Shown: positions 46,817 to 56,244 of the stretch, piece by piece | Numbering within the stretch: position 1 is the stretch's first letter | Layout: each line of letters starts with the position of its first letter | Source of the DNA: Nitrososphaerota archaeon | GTDB taxonomy: Archaea > Thermoproteota > Nitrososphaeria > Nitrososphaerales > Nitrosopumilaceae | NCBI GenBank assembly: GCA_032128215.1 | Contig: JAQBHA010000016.1 | Location: forward strand, 1-58,783 | Reading direction: 5' to 3' | DNA: 58,783 nt | The notes under the pieces: generated by a model | Told to the model about the DNA's origin: nothing | The model's input: the letters and a program-made list of their open reading frames with translations, nothing else | Databases searched by the model: none | Program-made: the position numbers and the translations under genes

Positions 46817-49468
46817 TTAGCCTGATGTACAACCACTAAAGCCACATTCTATACAAAGACTACATCCTTCTACGAATACCAGATTGTTTTTACATGTAGG
46901 ACAAAGATCCTCTTCTTTTTCTTCTTCTATTATCTGTGGGGCGTGAGTTTCTTCTTGAGGTACTATTAGTCGTAATGCATTATCTACTTGTTTTCTTACA
47001 TAGGGATTTGTGATTTTTGTGTTAACATAATCTGTAACAACTTCACTGGGTCTTGTATCAAATATTTTTTTTGCATTGGCACTTGTCATGTGTAAAACTT
47101 GTTCATGCCTAGAACTATCTCTATAAACGGTAATTCCCTTAAGACCCATCTCATGTGCAAGTAGATATGCTGCTTTTACGTCATCAGCAGATACATCATA
47201 TGGCATGTTAATGGTTTTAGCAATTGCATTTCCTATCCAGTCTTGCCAAACTTCTTGAGCACAGAGATGATCAGCCCAATGGATATCCATTGCAGTAACA
47301 AAGATCTTTTGAATCCATTCTGGAATTTCTGGGATGCCTCTAACAGAACCATAGTTATCTGCAACTTTTGCAAGTAGTTCTTCACTGTGAAGTCCATTTT
47401 CTCTTAGAACTTGTTCAAATATTTTATTTGTATAGAAAAATCTACCAACTGTAACTCTCTTTTCAAAGACAAGTGCAAACGTTGGTTCCATACCATTTGA
47501 ACAATCTGCAATCATTGAAAGGGTGCCAGTTGGTGCAACAGTTGTTGTCAACACGTTTCTAATTCCATGTTTTTTAATTTTTGAAATCAATGCATCCCAA
47601 TCGTAAGAATGGTGGTTCTTTGATTTTTCATAATAGCCTGCAATTGGGATTTTTCCTTCTGGAAATTCTGTTTTTGAACACAAAGGAAATTCACCCCTTG
47701 TTTTTGCAAGAGCTACACTTTCTTCCATTGAATAGTAGGTCAGGGCTTCAGATAGTTTGGATTGCATTTCATAACCCTCCTTTGAATTGTATGGGATTCT
47801 TAACTTGTAAAGAAGATCAGCTACCCCCATAACACCAAGACCAATTCTTCGAGACTCTTTAGATGCTACATCTATTTCATGAACTGGGTAATTGTTCACG
47901 TCAATAATATTATCTAAGAATCTAGTTGTCTTTCTAATTGTCTCTTCATATCTTTGCCAATCAAACTCATATTGTCCATCTGCTTTTCGTTTGACAAGGT
48001 TTGCTAAATTGATGGAGCCTAAATTACATGACTCGTATGGATACAAGCTTTGTTCTCCACATGGATTGGTAGCTCGAAGTGGTCCTCCTCTAGCTTTTGC
48101 AAAAACATTGTATTGATTTATTTTATCAAAGAATATCAGTCCAGGTTCTGCACTTTTCCACGCTGACAGGGCAATTAGATCAATTAGTTGATGGGCATTA
48201 ATTTCTCTTATTGGCACTCTACCATTAGGAGAACGTAACATGAACTTTCCATCTTCAGTATTTACAAGTGCATTCCAAAAATCCTCCCCTATACCTACAC
48301 TTACGTTGAAATTCTCAAGAATTCCAGGCTGAGTCTTATTTGTAATGAATTTTTCAACATCCGGATGCCATGCTTCTATAATACCCATATTGGCGCCTCT
48401 TCTTTTCCCCCCCTGTTTGACTACCTCAGTTACGGTGTTTATGATATTCATAAAGGAAACAGGACCTGAAGCAACTCCAGATGTGGAGGCTACAATATCT
48501 CCTTCTTGACGTAAATCTGAATAATTAATTCCTACTCCACCTCCGGATTTGAAAATTAGCGCAGCATCTGATGTTGATTTCATAATTCCTCCCATATCAT
48601 CAGGCATGGCTAATACGAAACATGCAGAAAGCTGTCCCAAGCGTCCACCAGCATTCATCATAGTTGGAGAGTTTGGTAAGAAGATTTGTTCTGTCATTAA
48701 ATTATAATATTCTGAAACTTTATCTGCATAATTATCAAATTTCTTAGCAGCAAGCAGTGTCAAAAGTTCTTTGAAGCTTATTTTCATCTGACTTTTCATT
48801 GCGAGGTCAATGTAGTGATTAATTAAACTTCTAAAGTGCCATTTGTTAAGATAATATTCGCCCAATTTGAATTTGTAATCAAAGTCATTTAGTTTACCTA
48901 GATAACTTCGTGCCTCTTCGACATTCTGTTTTATGCCACCTTCTATTGAAAAGATTGTACTATCACGTAATAGATCACCTATAGCTACAAGAAGAGCAAC
49001 TCTTTCAAACATTTGAGATGGGGATTCAATGATTTCACTTTTATTATTTCTAAAAAGATATCTTGATGCTAAAACTCGCAAACAATTAAGATCAAATTTC
49101 TTTGATACTAGATCGAGGATTTTGAGGTTAAGTACTTTGATCTTATCGTCTCTTACTTTACGGCGTTCGTGTCTATATAGTATATAGGCTTTGGCAATAT
49201 CGCTGAATCCTTTGTCAATCAAAGTAGATTCAACTATATCTTGGATATCTTCAACGCTTGGAGGTGTAGCTGCTGAGAAGCCCTGTTTATACAATTTGGC
49301 AAGTACCCCTTCGGTTAATTGTTCTGCGATGTTACGATCAGATTGACCTGTAGCATCTAATGCTTTAGAAATCGCGTTTGTGATCTTATCTTTGTCAAAG
49401 AAGGTTACTTGTCCGTTTCTTTTTCGGATCTCAGCGATACCACTTTCTATTTGTGAATTTTCAACCAT
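46817..49468 (-). CDS. nrdJ: adenosylcobalamin-dependent ribonucleotide reductase (class II) with an N-terminal ATP-cone
   Basis: 883 aa. Has the ATP-cone 'IRKRNGQVTFFDKDKI', the active site 'NPCGEQSLYPYESCNLGSINL' and the C-terminal Cys cluster 'CPTCKNN...CSLCIECG'. No NrdB-like gene is nearby. Confidence 0.9.
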   Translation of the reverse strand: MVENSQIESGIAEIRKRNGQVTFFDKDKITNAISKALDATGQSDRNIAEQLTEGVLAKLYKQGFSAATPPSVEDIQDIVESTLIDKGFSDIAKAYILYRHERRKVRDDKIKVLNLKILDLVSKKFDLNCLRVLASRYLFRNNKSEIIESPSQMFERVALLVAIGDLLRDSTIFSIEGGIKQNVEEARSYLGKLNDFDYKFKLGEYYLNKWHFRSLINHYIDLAMKSQMKISFKELLTLLAAKKFDNYADKVSEYYNLMTEQIFLPNSPTMMNAGGRLGQLSACFVLAMPDDMGGIMKSTSDAALIFKSGGGVGINYSDLRQEGDIVASTSGVASGPVSFMNIINTVTEVVKQGGKRRGANMGIIEAWHPDVEKFITNKTQPGILENFNVSVGIGEDFWNALVNTEDGKFMLRSPNGRVPIREINAHQLIDLIALSAWKSAEPGLIFFDKINQYNVFAKARGGPLRATNPCGEQSLYPYESCNLGSINLANLVKRKADGQYEFDWQRYEETIRKTTRFLDNIIDVNNYPVHEIDVASKESRRIGLGVMGVADLLYKLRIPYNSKEGYEMQSKLSEALTYYSMEESVALAKTRGEFPLCSKTEFPEGKIPIAGYYEKSKNHHSYDWDALISKIKKHGIRNVLTTTVAPTGTLSMIADCSNGMEPTFALVFEKRVTVGRFFYTNKIFEQVLRENGLHSEELLAKVADNYGSVRGIPEIPEWIQKIFVTAMDIHWADHLCAQEVWQDWIGNAIAKTINMPYDVSADDVKAAYLLAHEMGLKGITVYRDSSRHEQVLHMTSANAKKIFDTRPSEVVTDYVNTKITNPYVRKQVDNALRLIVPQEETHAPQIIEEEKEEDLCPTCKNNLVFVEGCSLCIECGFSGCTSG

Positions 49469-49697
49469 AATAACATCTCCCCCGCGATAGGTAATGAAAC
49501 ATGTGCTTATATCTGCTGTGGCAAAAAAAAATTTATCTAGATCAGATTTAGCTCAACTTATTTTACACTAGTAGTATGAATTTCATACCGGTCTAATTTT
49601 CGTAAGCTAAAACAAAATTAGTAAATTCCTTTTGAAAAATCACTTTAAGTTAGAAAGTTATTTTTATCTTATGAAACTAAGCTTACGAATTTCGTCG

Positions 49698-51800
49698 TTA
49701 GATGATGTATGAAGACTTGCAGTTAGGACATTTGTCTACCAATTTCTCATCTTTCATACCGCAATTCCCACAAATTGGTACCTGTTTGAATGGCTTAAAG
49801 GAGGTAGTTAGATCGGCTGCCTTTTCAATTGTTTTTTTGATTTCAGCAACTTTGGTGTCTCTATCAAACCGAATCTGTGTTAGCAATCCGCCATTAAGGA
49901 TCTTTGCGATTTTATTACATTCAACAATTTTTTCGTTTTTGATTGAAAGTTGAAGAATTTCGGTTGCATCAAATGAAATACCTTCTGAGTAAGGTTTTCC
50001 TTGAAGAGATTGTAAAACAGAATTCTTTCCATATTTCTCTCCATCCAATGTTGCAAATCTTGCAGAGCCTTCACTTTGAATCATGCATATACTAACGTTA
50101 TCTCCAATTTCTTTTCCTTTCTTCTTTGCAACATCTACTGCTGTTTCAATTACTTTATGTAAAATCTCTCTTCCTTCTTTGTTGTCTTCAAATCCTAGAA
50201 TGTTAAAGACGGCTTCATGTAAGCCCACTAGATTAACAATAAGTGTACTAGTACTTCGTTGCATGTATTGAGTATTTCCAGCAAGAATTGGATTTAGACC
50301 TCGTCTTGTCAGATCAGAAATATCTTTCTTTCTTAATGACATTGAAGAAAGAGCTGGCTTCATCAATAGTGCTAATCGTGCTCTAAAGTAAGTTTCATCT
50401 TTGTTTGATTCAAATGCAAGTCGAGGTAGATTAATTGATAGAGATTGGAATTTAATTGATGTTGCTCCTGTGTTTTTTGTATCTTCTCTTAAGATTCCCT
50501 GAGTTGAAGCGCTTCCTTTAGAGAAAATTATTTTTCCACCAAGTGCAATTATTTCTGCTAATACATCAGATGAATCAGTTAATTTTGCTTTTTCGTAATC
50601 AATGATAAGACCAATTTTTGGGATTGGTGTGATTTTCACGTAGTTTTTGTATGCTAGAAGGATTGCTTTTACAATTTTTTGATCGGAACCTAGTTGGATT
50701 ATAAAAGAGACAAGGGTTGGGTTGTGACTATATTGTGATGTTGTAGAAGATATAGCAAAGGCATCGGTTAATTTTTGTTCTAAATCTAATGAATTTTTGG
50801 TATGTTTGACTAATAACTGGGCTAGTCCATCCATTACTACTTCTTGTGATACTTCCTTTGAGATCAAAGAGATTATCATTGAAAGTGCAGAGGTTAGATT
50901 ATCTAGAGTTTTAATTGATGGAATTCTACTTACGCCTAGGGCTTTGCCGCGTAAATCAATTCCATCTTCGATTAATTCTTTTAGATTCACAAAAATTGTA
51001 TCAGGTAGGAGGGACCATACTCCAGGATTTGTAATATGTAGGTCTCCAGACAGGTGAGAATCTGACACATCTTTTGGTAGGGTATTTAATAGAAGGTGTT
51101 CTGCAAACACCGTTTGTCCTGTCTTATACAAGAGACCCTCTGCTCCATTGTCTACATTTTCTACATTTGAAATCATTTCTTTTACCTCAAATACTGGCAT
51201 TCCAAGTCTTGCCAGTTTGTTTCTATATTCTTCGTGACCATGTTCTAAAAGAACAGAGTTTACCATCTCACGAATAAGTGAACCAGTAAGATATGTTGTT
51301 TGATATTTATAAATCCGATTTTCTACTTCTTCTGTAATCTTTTGGGCTAATTCCAAAGGAAGACTTCCTTCACGTACTAAAGATTGAATTATTTTGTGAG
51401 AGTTAAACTCTTCAATTGATTCATGTGAAGTACGAACATACATTTTACCACTTTCTATGATTGAACGTTCTTCAATCTGTCTTGCAAGACTCAAAACTAG
51501 TTTTCCTAGATTTGTAATTGTATAACGCCTTTCTGATCTATTCAGCGCCACAAGTGATTGTCTCAATAATTTTCTCAGATGATAGGCAAATTTTCCGCTT
51601 TCTTTTTTTGACTTAAATCCAGCCAAGGATTTTAATTCAGAATAAGTTAACGGTCCTTTTGAGTTTAGAATTCTTAAAATATCAATTCTATTAGGGCTTG
51701 CCATAACAGAAAAGATCATTCTTACACGTTTTGATGTAGATTGTAGAATTCCTCCTCGCTTTGGTTCCTCTAACTCCTCCTCGCTCATTTCCATATTCAT
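49698..51800 (-). CDS. NrdD (class III RNR)-like protein with an N-terminal winged-helix and ATP-cone-like region; apparently lacks radical-chemistry residues
   Basis: 700 aa.
- wHTH: 'RIDILRILNSKGPLTYSELKSLAG...YHLRKLLRQSLV'.
- ATP-cone-like: 'YVRTSHESIEEFNSHKIIQSL...'.
- NrdD-like motifs: 'HLSGDLHITNPG' and 'SLSINLPRLAFE'.
- C-terminal ribbon: 'CGNCG...CPNCK'. The protein ends 6 aa after the ribbon. Confidence 0.75.
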   Translation of the reverse strand: MNMEMSEEELEEPKRGGILQSTSKRVRMIFSVMASPNRIDILRILNSKGPLTYSELKSLAGFKSKKESGKFAYHLRKLLRQSLVALNRSERRYTITNLGKLVLSLARQIEERSIIESGKMYVRTSHESIEEFNSHKIIQSLVREGSLPLELAQKITEEVENRIYKYQTTYLTGSLIREMVNSVLLEHGHEEYRNKLARLGMPVFEVKEMISNVENVDNGAEGLLYKTGQTVFAEHLLLNTLPKDVSDSHLSGDLHITNPGVWSLLPDTIFVNLKELIEDGIDLRGKALGVSRIPSIKTLDNLTSALSMIISLISKEVSQEVVMDGLAQLLVKHTKNSLDLEQKLTDAFAISSTTSQYSHNPTLVSFIIQLGSDQKIVKAILLAYKNYVKITPIPKIGLIIDYEKAKLTDSSDVLAEIIALGGKIIFSKGSASTQGILREDTKNTGATSIKFQSLSINLPRLAFESNKDETYFRARLALLMKPALSSMSLRKKDISDLTRRGLNPILAGNTQYMQRSTSTLIVNLVGLHEAVFNILGFEDNKEGREILHKVIETAVDVAKKKGKEIGDNVSICMIQSEGSARFATLDGEKYGKNSVLQSLQGKPYSEGISFDATEILQLSIKNEKIVECNKIAKILNGGLLTQIRFDRDTKVAEIKKTIEKAADLTTSFKPFKQVPICGNCGMKDEKLVDKCPNCKSSYII

Positions 51801-51858
51801 GTCTAAAAGATCATGGGGTAATTAAGATTTGTGACGGAATAATGATGTAGTATTTAGA

Positions 51859-52020
51859 TCAGCTTTCTCTTACATCCAATGTAAATTCTGATGTTGAAAG
51901 AGTCTGTCCACATTCTGGACATTTATTGTTGTATGGTCTAATTACATCTTTTACAGACTTTAACATTTTCATGTTGGCGATCTTTTTTCCACATTTACCA
52001 CAAATTATTTCAACGGACAT
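51859..52020 (-). CDS. small zinc-ribbon protein (53 aa, below the ORF-track cutoff)
   Basis: My own translation is MSVEIICGKCGKKIANMKMLKSVKDVIRPYNNKCPECGQTLSTSEFTLDVRES*. It has two CxxC pairs and fills an intergenic gap. Confidence 0.4.
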   Translation of the reverse strand: MSVEIICGKCGKKIANMKMLKSVKDVIRPYNNKCPECGQTLSTSEFTLDVRES

Positions 52021-52090
52021 ATGAACTGGTGAAGTTTAAAATTATTAAAAATCCTTTTTGATTTTATTTCATACTTACGATAAATTAGAT

Positions 52091-52486
52091 TCACTGTTTT
52101 TCGATCAAAATTCCACGATCGTCAAATCCAACAATTTTGGCCTTTGATCCAATTGGAAGATCTGATGGTTTTGAAATTCTAGCCATAAAGCCTGAAATTC
52201 TAAGGTTAGAGTTATCAAGATTAAGTACAACCCAGGCATAGGGGACATATTTTTCAAATCCTGCTGGAGGAACTGTGATGATAGTATATGTTGCAATAGA
52301 ACCTTGGCCCTCAAGAATGACATTTTCAAATTCCTTATTTCCACAATTTTGACAATAATATACAGTCGCTAAATGCAATTCCCCACATTTTTTACATTTT
52401 CTTGCGATTACTTTGCCTAATTTGATTGCATCAATGAATTCCTGTTTGGAAGACAATTTACACACTTTGGAATATATGTACGGCAC
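52091..52486 (-). CDS. DUF35 OB-fold/zinc-ribbon protein (thiolase-associated scaffold)
   Basis: 131 aa. Has a 'CKKCGELHLATVYYCQNCG' rubredoxin-like ribbon followed by an OB-fold. It overlaps the thiolase gene by 29 nt. Confidence 0.8.
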   Translation of the reverse strand: MPYIYSKVCKLSSKQEFIDAIKLGKVIARKCKKCGELHLATVYYCQNCGNKEFENVILEGQGSIATYTIITVPPAGFEKYVPYAWVVLNLDNSNLRISGFMARISKPSDLPIGSKAKIVGFDDRGILIEKQ

Positions 52487-53627
52487 AACTCGCTCCTGTT
52501 GCTCCGAAATTCTGCGTTAAACCAATTTTTGCATCTTTTATTGTTCGTTCACCGGCTTTGCCGGTAAGTTGATCAAATACTTCAACAACTTGTCCCACAC
52601 CTGTAGCGCCAATTGGGTGACCTTTTGATTTTAACCCGCCTGATGGATTAATGGGGATGCCACCATTTCGTGCAGTTTGTCCTTCACGCACACCTTCAAC
52701 ACCCTTACCTTTTTCAAAGAAACCCAAGTCTTCAGTATCAACTATTTCAGCTATAGTAAAACAATCATGAACTTCAGCAAAATCAATATCTTTTGGTGTT
52801 ATTCCTGCCATTTTGTAAGCAGCTTCAGCTGCAATCTTAGTACTTGGTATTGTTGTTAAATGTTCACGTCCTTGAAGTGCAGCCGGTGAACCACCTCTTC
52901 CAGAACCAATGACTCTAATGTAATCTTTAGTATGATCTTTTGCAAATTTTTCACTACATATGATAACAGAACTTGCACCATCTGAAAAAGGACAACAATC
53001 GTAAAGTTTAAGCGGACTTGCAACTACGGCTGAATTCATTACATCGTCAATTGTGATTTTTTTTCTCAAATGCGCTTTTGGATTTAAGAATCCATTATCA
53101 TGATTTTTTACTGCCACCATTGCAAGATCTTCTTCTGTAGCTTTAAACTCTGTAAGATAAGCTCTGGCCATAGATGCAAACAATCCTGGAAAAGATGCAC
53201 CTGCCTGTCCTTCATAAAAAAAATCTGAACAGTAAGAAAAATAAGTTGTAGTCCATTCTGTTCCTGTATGTGTTACTTTTTCTACACCTGTTACTAAAAC
53301 TACATCATAAAAACCAGCAGCAACATTTGCAAATGCTTCTCTAAATGAAACTGATCCACTTCCACATGCAGATTCAATTGACAAGGATGGTCGTTCAGAT
53401 ATTCCAAGATTACTCATGACAACTGGCCCTAGGTGAACTTGTTTATCAGCTACACCAAAAACATTGGAAATGTAACCAGCCTTGATTTCTTTAGGATCAA
53501 TTCCTGCGCTATCAATAGCTTCAATTGATGCTTGAAGAGTAATATCAGAAATACTAGCATCAAGTTTTCCATACTTTGTGCTACCAGCACCTATAACACA
53601 AACATTTTCCACAAAAGACACTGACAA
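52458..53627 (-). CDS. archaeal-type acetyl-CoA C-acetyltransferase (thiolase)
   Basis: 389 aa. Has the catalytic Cys in 'IESACGSGS', plus 'EVHDCFT' and 'NPSGGLKSKGHPIGATG'. Confidence 0.9.
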   Translation of the reverse strand: MSVSFVENVCVIGAGSTKYGKLDASISDITLQASIEAIDSAGIDPKEIKAGYISNVFGVADKQVHLGPVVMSNLGISERPSLSIESACGSGSVSFREAFANVAAGFYDVVLVTGVEKVTHTGTEWTTTYFSYCSDFFYEGQAGASFPGLFASMARAYLTEFKATEEDLAMVAVKNHDNGFLNPKAHLRKKITIDDVMNSAVVASPLKLYDCCPFSDGASSVIICSEKFAKDHTKDYIRVIGSGRGGSPAALQGREHLTTIPSTKIAAEAAYKMAGITPKDIDFAEVHDCFTIAEIVDTEDLGFFEKGKGVEGVREGQTARNGGIPINPSGGLKSKGHPIGATGVGQVVEVFDQLTGKAGERTIKDAKIGLTQNFGATGASCAVHIFQSV

Positions 53628-53679
53628 GAATCCCTATAAAAATTGTTCATACGTTTTCATTAAGCTAGTTCAAACAAAG

Positions 53680-54150
53680 ATGATAATGGTTTTTCAAAAA
53701 AATATAACGCAAATTTTGAAAAGAAAAAATGGGGTTGTTTCAAGAAATATTGTAAAACCAACAAAAACCAAAGTAGTTGTTTTAAAAAACGAAATTAAAC
53801 AATATTTTGATAATAATGGATACCTGTCTTGGTCTTCAAAGAAAAAAATGTATATTATTTTAGGAACAAATTCGCCTCAAAATGGACTTGTACAATGTCC
53901 AGAATGCAAAATAGGGGAATTAATGGTAATTAGATCCTATAAAACAAAAAAGCGCTTCCTTGGATGCTCAAATTATTATAATGGATGTAAGGCCTCATCG
54001 CCTCTTTTACAAAAGGCAAAGTTACGAGCAACAAAGATTCCATGTGGCTTGTGTTCATGGCCAATTATTATATTTCGATATAGTAGAAAGCAAAAATGGA
54101 CTAGACAGTGTTCAAATATCGGATGCCAAAGTAGAAATCTTAAAGTTTGA
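53680..54150 (+). CDS. protein with a topoisomerase-type C4 zinc-finger domain
   Basis: The likely start is ATG 53680. The segment 'CPECKIGELMVIRSYKTKKRFLGCSNYYNGCK' matches the zf-C4_Topoisom pattern, and a second Cys cluster follows. The track extension from 53578 overlaps the thiolase start. Confidence 0.6.
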   Translation: MIMVFQKNITQILKRKNGVVSRNIVKPTKTKVVVLKNEIKQYFDNNGYLSWSSKKKMYIILGTNSPQNGLVQCPECKIGELMVIRSYKTKKRFLGCSNYYNGCKASSPLLQKAKLRATKIPCGLCSWPIIIFRYSRKQKWTRQCSNIGCQSRNLKV

Positions 54151-54942
54151 ATAAAGATCTGTTCTTCTGTTCTTAAGAAGGGGTAACATTTTTCTTGTTT
54201 GTTTTACTTTATCAAGAGAGATACTGACTAAACCAATTCCTTGTCTTTTTTTCATATCAAGTAATATTTTTCCAAATGGATCTACTACAATGCTGCGTCC
54301 ACAGTAAATGTTACCAACTTGGTCTGGAGCAATGATATAACAACCATTTTCTATGGCACGAGTTTTGTTTATTGTTATCCAGTGGTCCTCTTTCATTTTA
54401 CCTTGAACCCATGCAGAAGGTGCAACTAAGATCTCTGAACCAGCAGATGCAAGACTGCGCGCCATTTCAGGAAATCTTAGATCATAACAAATGAGCATTC
54501 CAAGTTTTCCTATACTAGTTCGTGTTGGTAATGAAATTTTTGAACCTGGTATCATTTTGTTAGATTCTCTAAATCCTAACGCGTCATAGAGATGAATCTT
54601 TCTGTATGTAGAAATAACTTTTCCTGACTTGTTAACAAGAAAAGATGTATCATATACATGATTTTTCTTTGTGCTTTTTTCATAAAATGTTCCTACAACT
54701 TGAATAGAATTTTGTTTAGCAGCTTCTGCAACTGATCTTACAAATGGCCCCTTAATACTTTCAGCCAATGATGCAAGCTTTGCTGGGCTTTGAGAAGACG
54801 TTGTGTAAAACATCATAAACTCTGGAAATGCACAAAGTTCTGCACCACAATTTGCTGCTTTTTCTATATAATTTAAAATTCGTTTAAGATTTTGATTTTT
54901 ATCTGTTGAAGCTTTGAATTGTACTATTGCTATCTTTGACAT
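54112..54942 (-). CDS. carbon-nitrogen hydrolase (nitrilase superfamily amidase)
   Basis: 276 aa. The E-K-C triad context is 'CAFPEF', 'YRKIHLYD' and 'LICYDLRFPE'. Confidence 0.85.
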   Translation of the reverse strand: MSKIAIVQFKASTDKNQNLKRILNYIEKAANCGAELCAFPEFMMFYTTSSQSPAKLASLAESIKGPFVRSVAEAAKQNSIQVVGTFYEKSTKKNHVYDTSFLVNKSGKVISTYRKIHLYDALGFRESNKMIPGSKISLPTRTSIGKLGMLICYDLRFPEMARSLASAGSEILVAPSAWVQGKMKEDHWITINKTRAIENGCYIIAPDQVGNIYCGRSIVVDPFGKILLDMKKRQGIGLVSISLDKVKQTRKMLPLLKNRRTDLYSNFKISTLASDI

Positions 54943-55109
54943 GAGTGTTGTAAAAACAATTAAAATAAAAGATTATTGTAATGTAACTTTACTAGATAGG
55001 GAAGAATCGAATAATAGTTCAAAGATATTGGTTTATCTTCAAATAACCCTTGCTTCAAACTTTGTATGGACTTTATGATAAAAAATTATGAAGAAAAAAC
55101 GATCAGAAT

Positions 55110-56165
55110 ATGACAGATCTTTATCGCTTACTACCAGAGGAAATGGAAAAGATGGTTATGGAACTGGGACAACCACGATATCGTGCAGATCAGATTCTTT
55201 TTCCTATATACAACAAATTTCCAAAGGACATATCTGAACTACGACAGCTTCCTATAGAATTACGAGATACGCTAATTGCAGAAGGATATACAATTGGTTC
55301 TGCAAATGAAGTACACCGTATTGTAAGTGAAGATGGTGATACAACAAAATTACTTCTCAATCTTGTAGATGGAATACCTGTTGAAACAGTTCTGATACAG
55401 TATCCACCATCAAAGGATAATGGTCACCCTAGGTCTACTATCTGTGTTTCAACACAAGTTGGTTGTGCAATGGGTTGCATATTTTGTGCCACGGGTCAGA
55501 TGGGATTTAAGCGAAACATAAAAGCCGAAGAAATTGTTGCACAAGTAATACACTTTGCCCGTCTTCTTCAAGAACGTGGTGAACATGTTACTAACCTAGT
55601 CTTTATGGGAATGGGCGAACCACTAGCAAATTATGATGAGACTATACGTGCGGTTCGCTTATTAATACACAATCGAGGTTTTGGAATTGGACAACGTCAC
55701 ATAACTATTTCTACAATAGGTATAATCGATGGTATAGATCGTCTTGCCGATGAGGATCTTCAGGTTGGACTTGCTATTTCACTACATGCACCAAATGACA
55801 AATTACGTAAGAAACTTGTACCTACTGCAGGTCCACATTCTGTAGATGATTTGATCTCTGCCGGAAGACGTTTCTTCAAGAAGACGGGACGACGTGTTAC
55901 ATTTGAATATGCTCTAATTGAAGGCATTAATGATTCCACAGAGATTGCAACTGAGCTTGCGGATTTATTACATGGCAATGGTTCACATGTGAATTTAATT
56001 CCAATAAACCCAACCGCAGGAAACTTTCAACGTCCAGAAAGACAAAATGTCATTGAATTTGAACGAATACTCACTAACGCTGGAGTGAATTGTACGGTGA
56101 GAGTGGAAAAAGGGTCGGAGATCTCAGCTGCATGTGGTCAATTACGAACCGATATTGTAGGTTGA
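55110..56165 (+). CDS. rlmN: radical SAM rRNA/tRNA adenine-C2 methyltransferase RlmN/Cfr family
   Basis: 351 aa. Has the 'GCAMGCIFCATGQMG' CxxxCxxC cluster, 'MGMGEPLAN' and the C-terminal 'AACGQL'. Confidence 0.9.
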   Translation: MTDLYRLLPEEMEKMVMELGQPRYRADQILFPIYNKFPKDISELRQLPIELRDTLIAEGYTIGSANEVHRIVSEDGDTTKLLLNLVDGIPVETVLIQYPPSKDNGHPRSTICVSTQVGCAMGCIFCATGQMGFKRNIKAEEIVAQVIHFARLLQERGEHVTNLVFMGMGEPLANYDETIRAVRLLIHNRGFGIGQRHITISTIGIIDGIDRLADEDLQVGLAISLHAPNDKLRKKLVPTAGPHSVDDLISAGRRFFKKTGRRVTFEYALIEGINDSTEIATELADLLHGNGSHVNLIPINPTAGNFQRPERQNVIEFERILTNAGVNCTVRVEKGSEISAACGQLRTDIVG

Positions 56166-56244
56166 TTGAATTTTTGATAAAGTATTAAGATGTGTATAAC
56201 AGAAATTTTTGATTTAATATTACATGTAAAAATAAAAAAATGAA

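Noticed and set aside
46660-46845. 61-aa minus-strand ORF just downstream of nrdJ
   Set aside because: It overlaps the nrdJ 3' end out of frame, has no motif and has odd composition. It is probably non-coding 3' flank.
55110-56165. Whether the radical SAM gene could be the NrdG-type activase for the NrdD-like protein
   Set aside because: The sequence is a full-length RlmN/Cfr-type methyltransferase ('GCAMGCIFCATGQMG', 'MGMGEPLAN', C-terminal 'AACGQL', 351 aa). It is not a ~150-250-aa NrdG-type activase, and it lies more than 3 kb away on the opposite strand.
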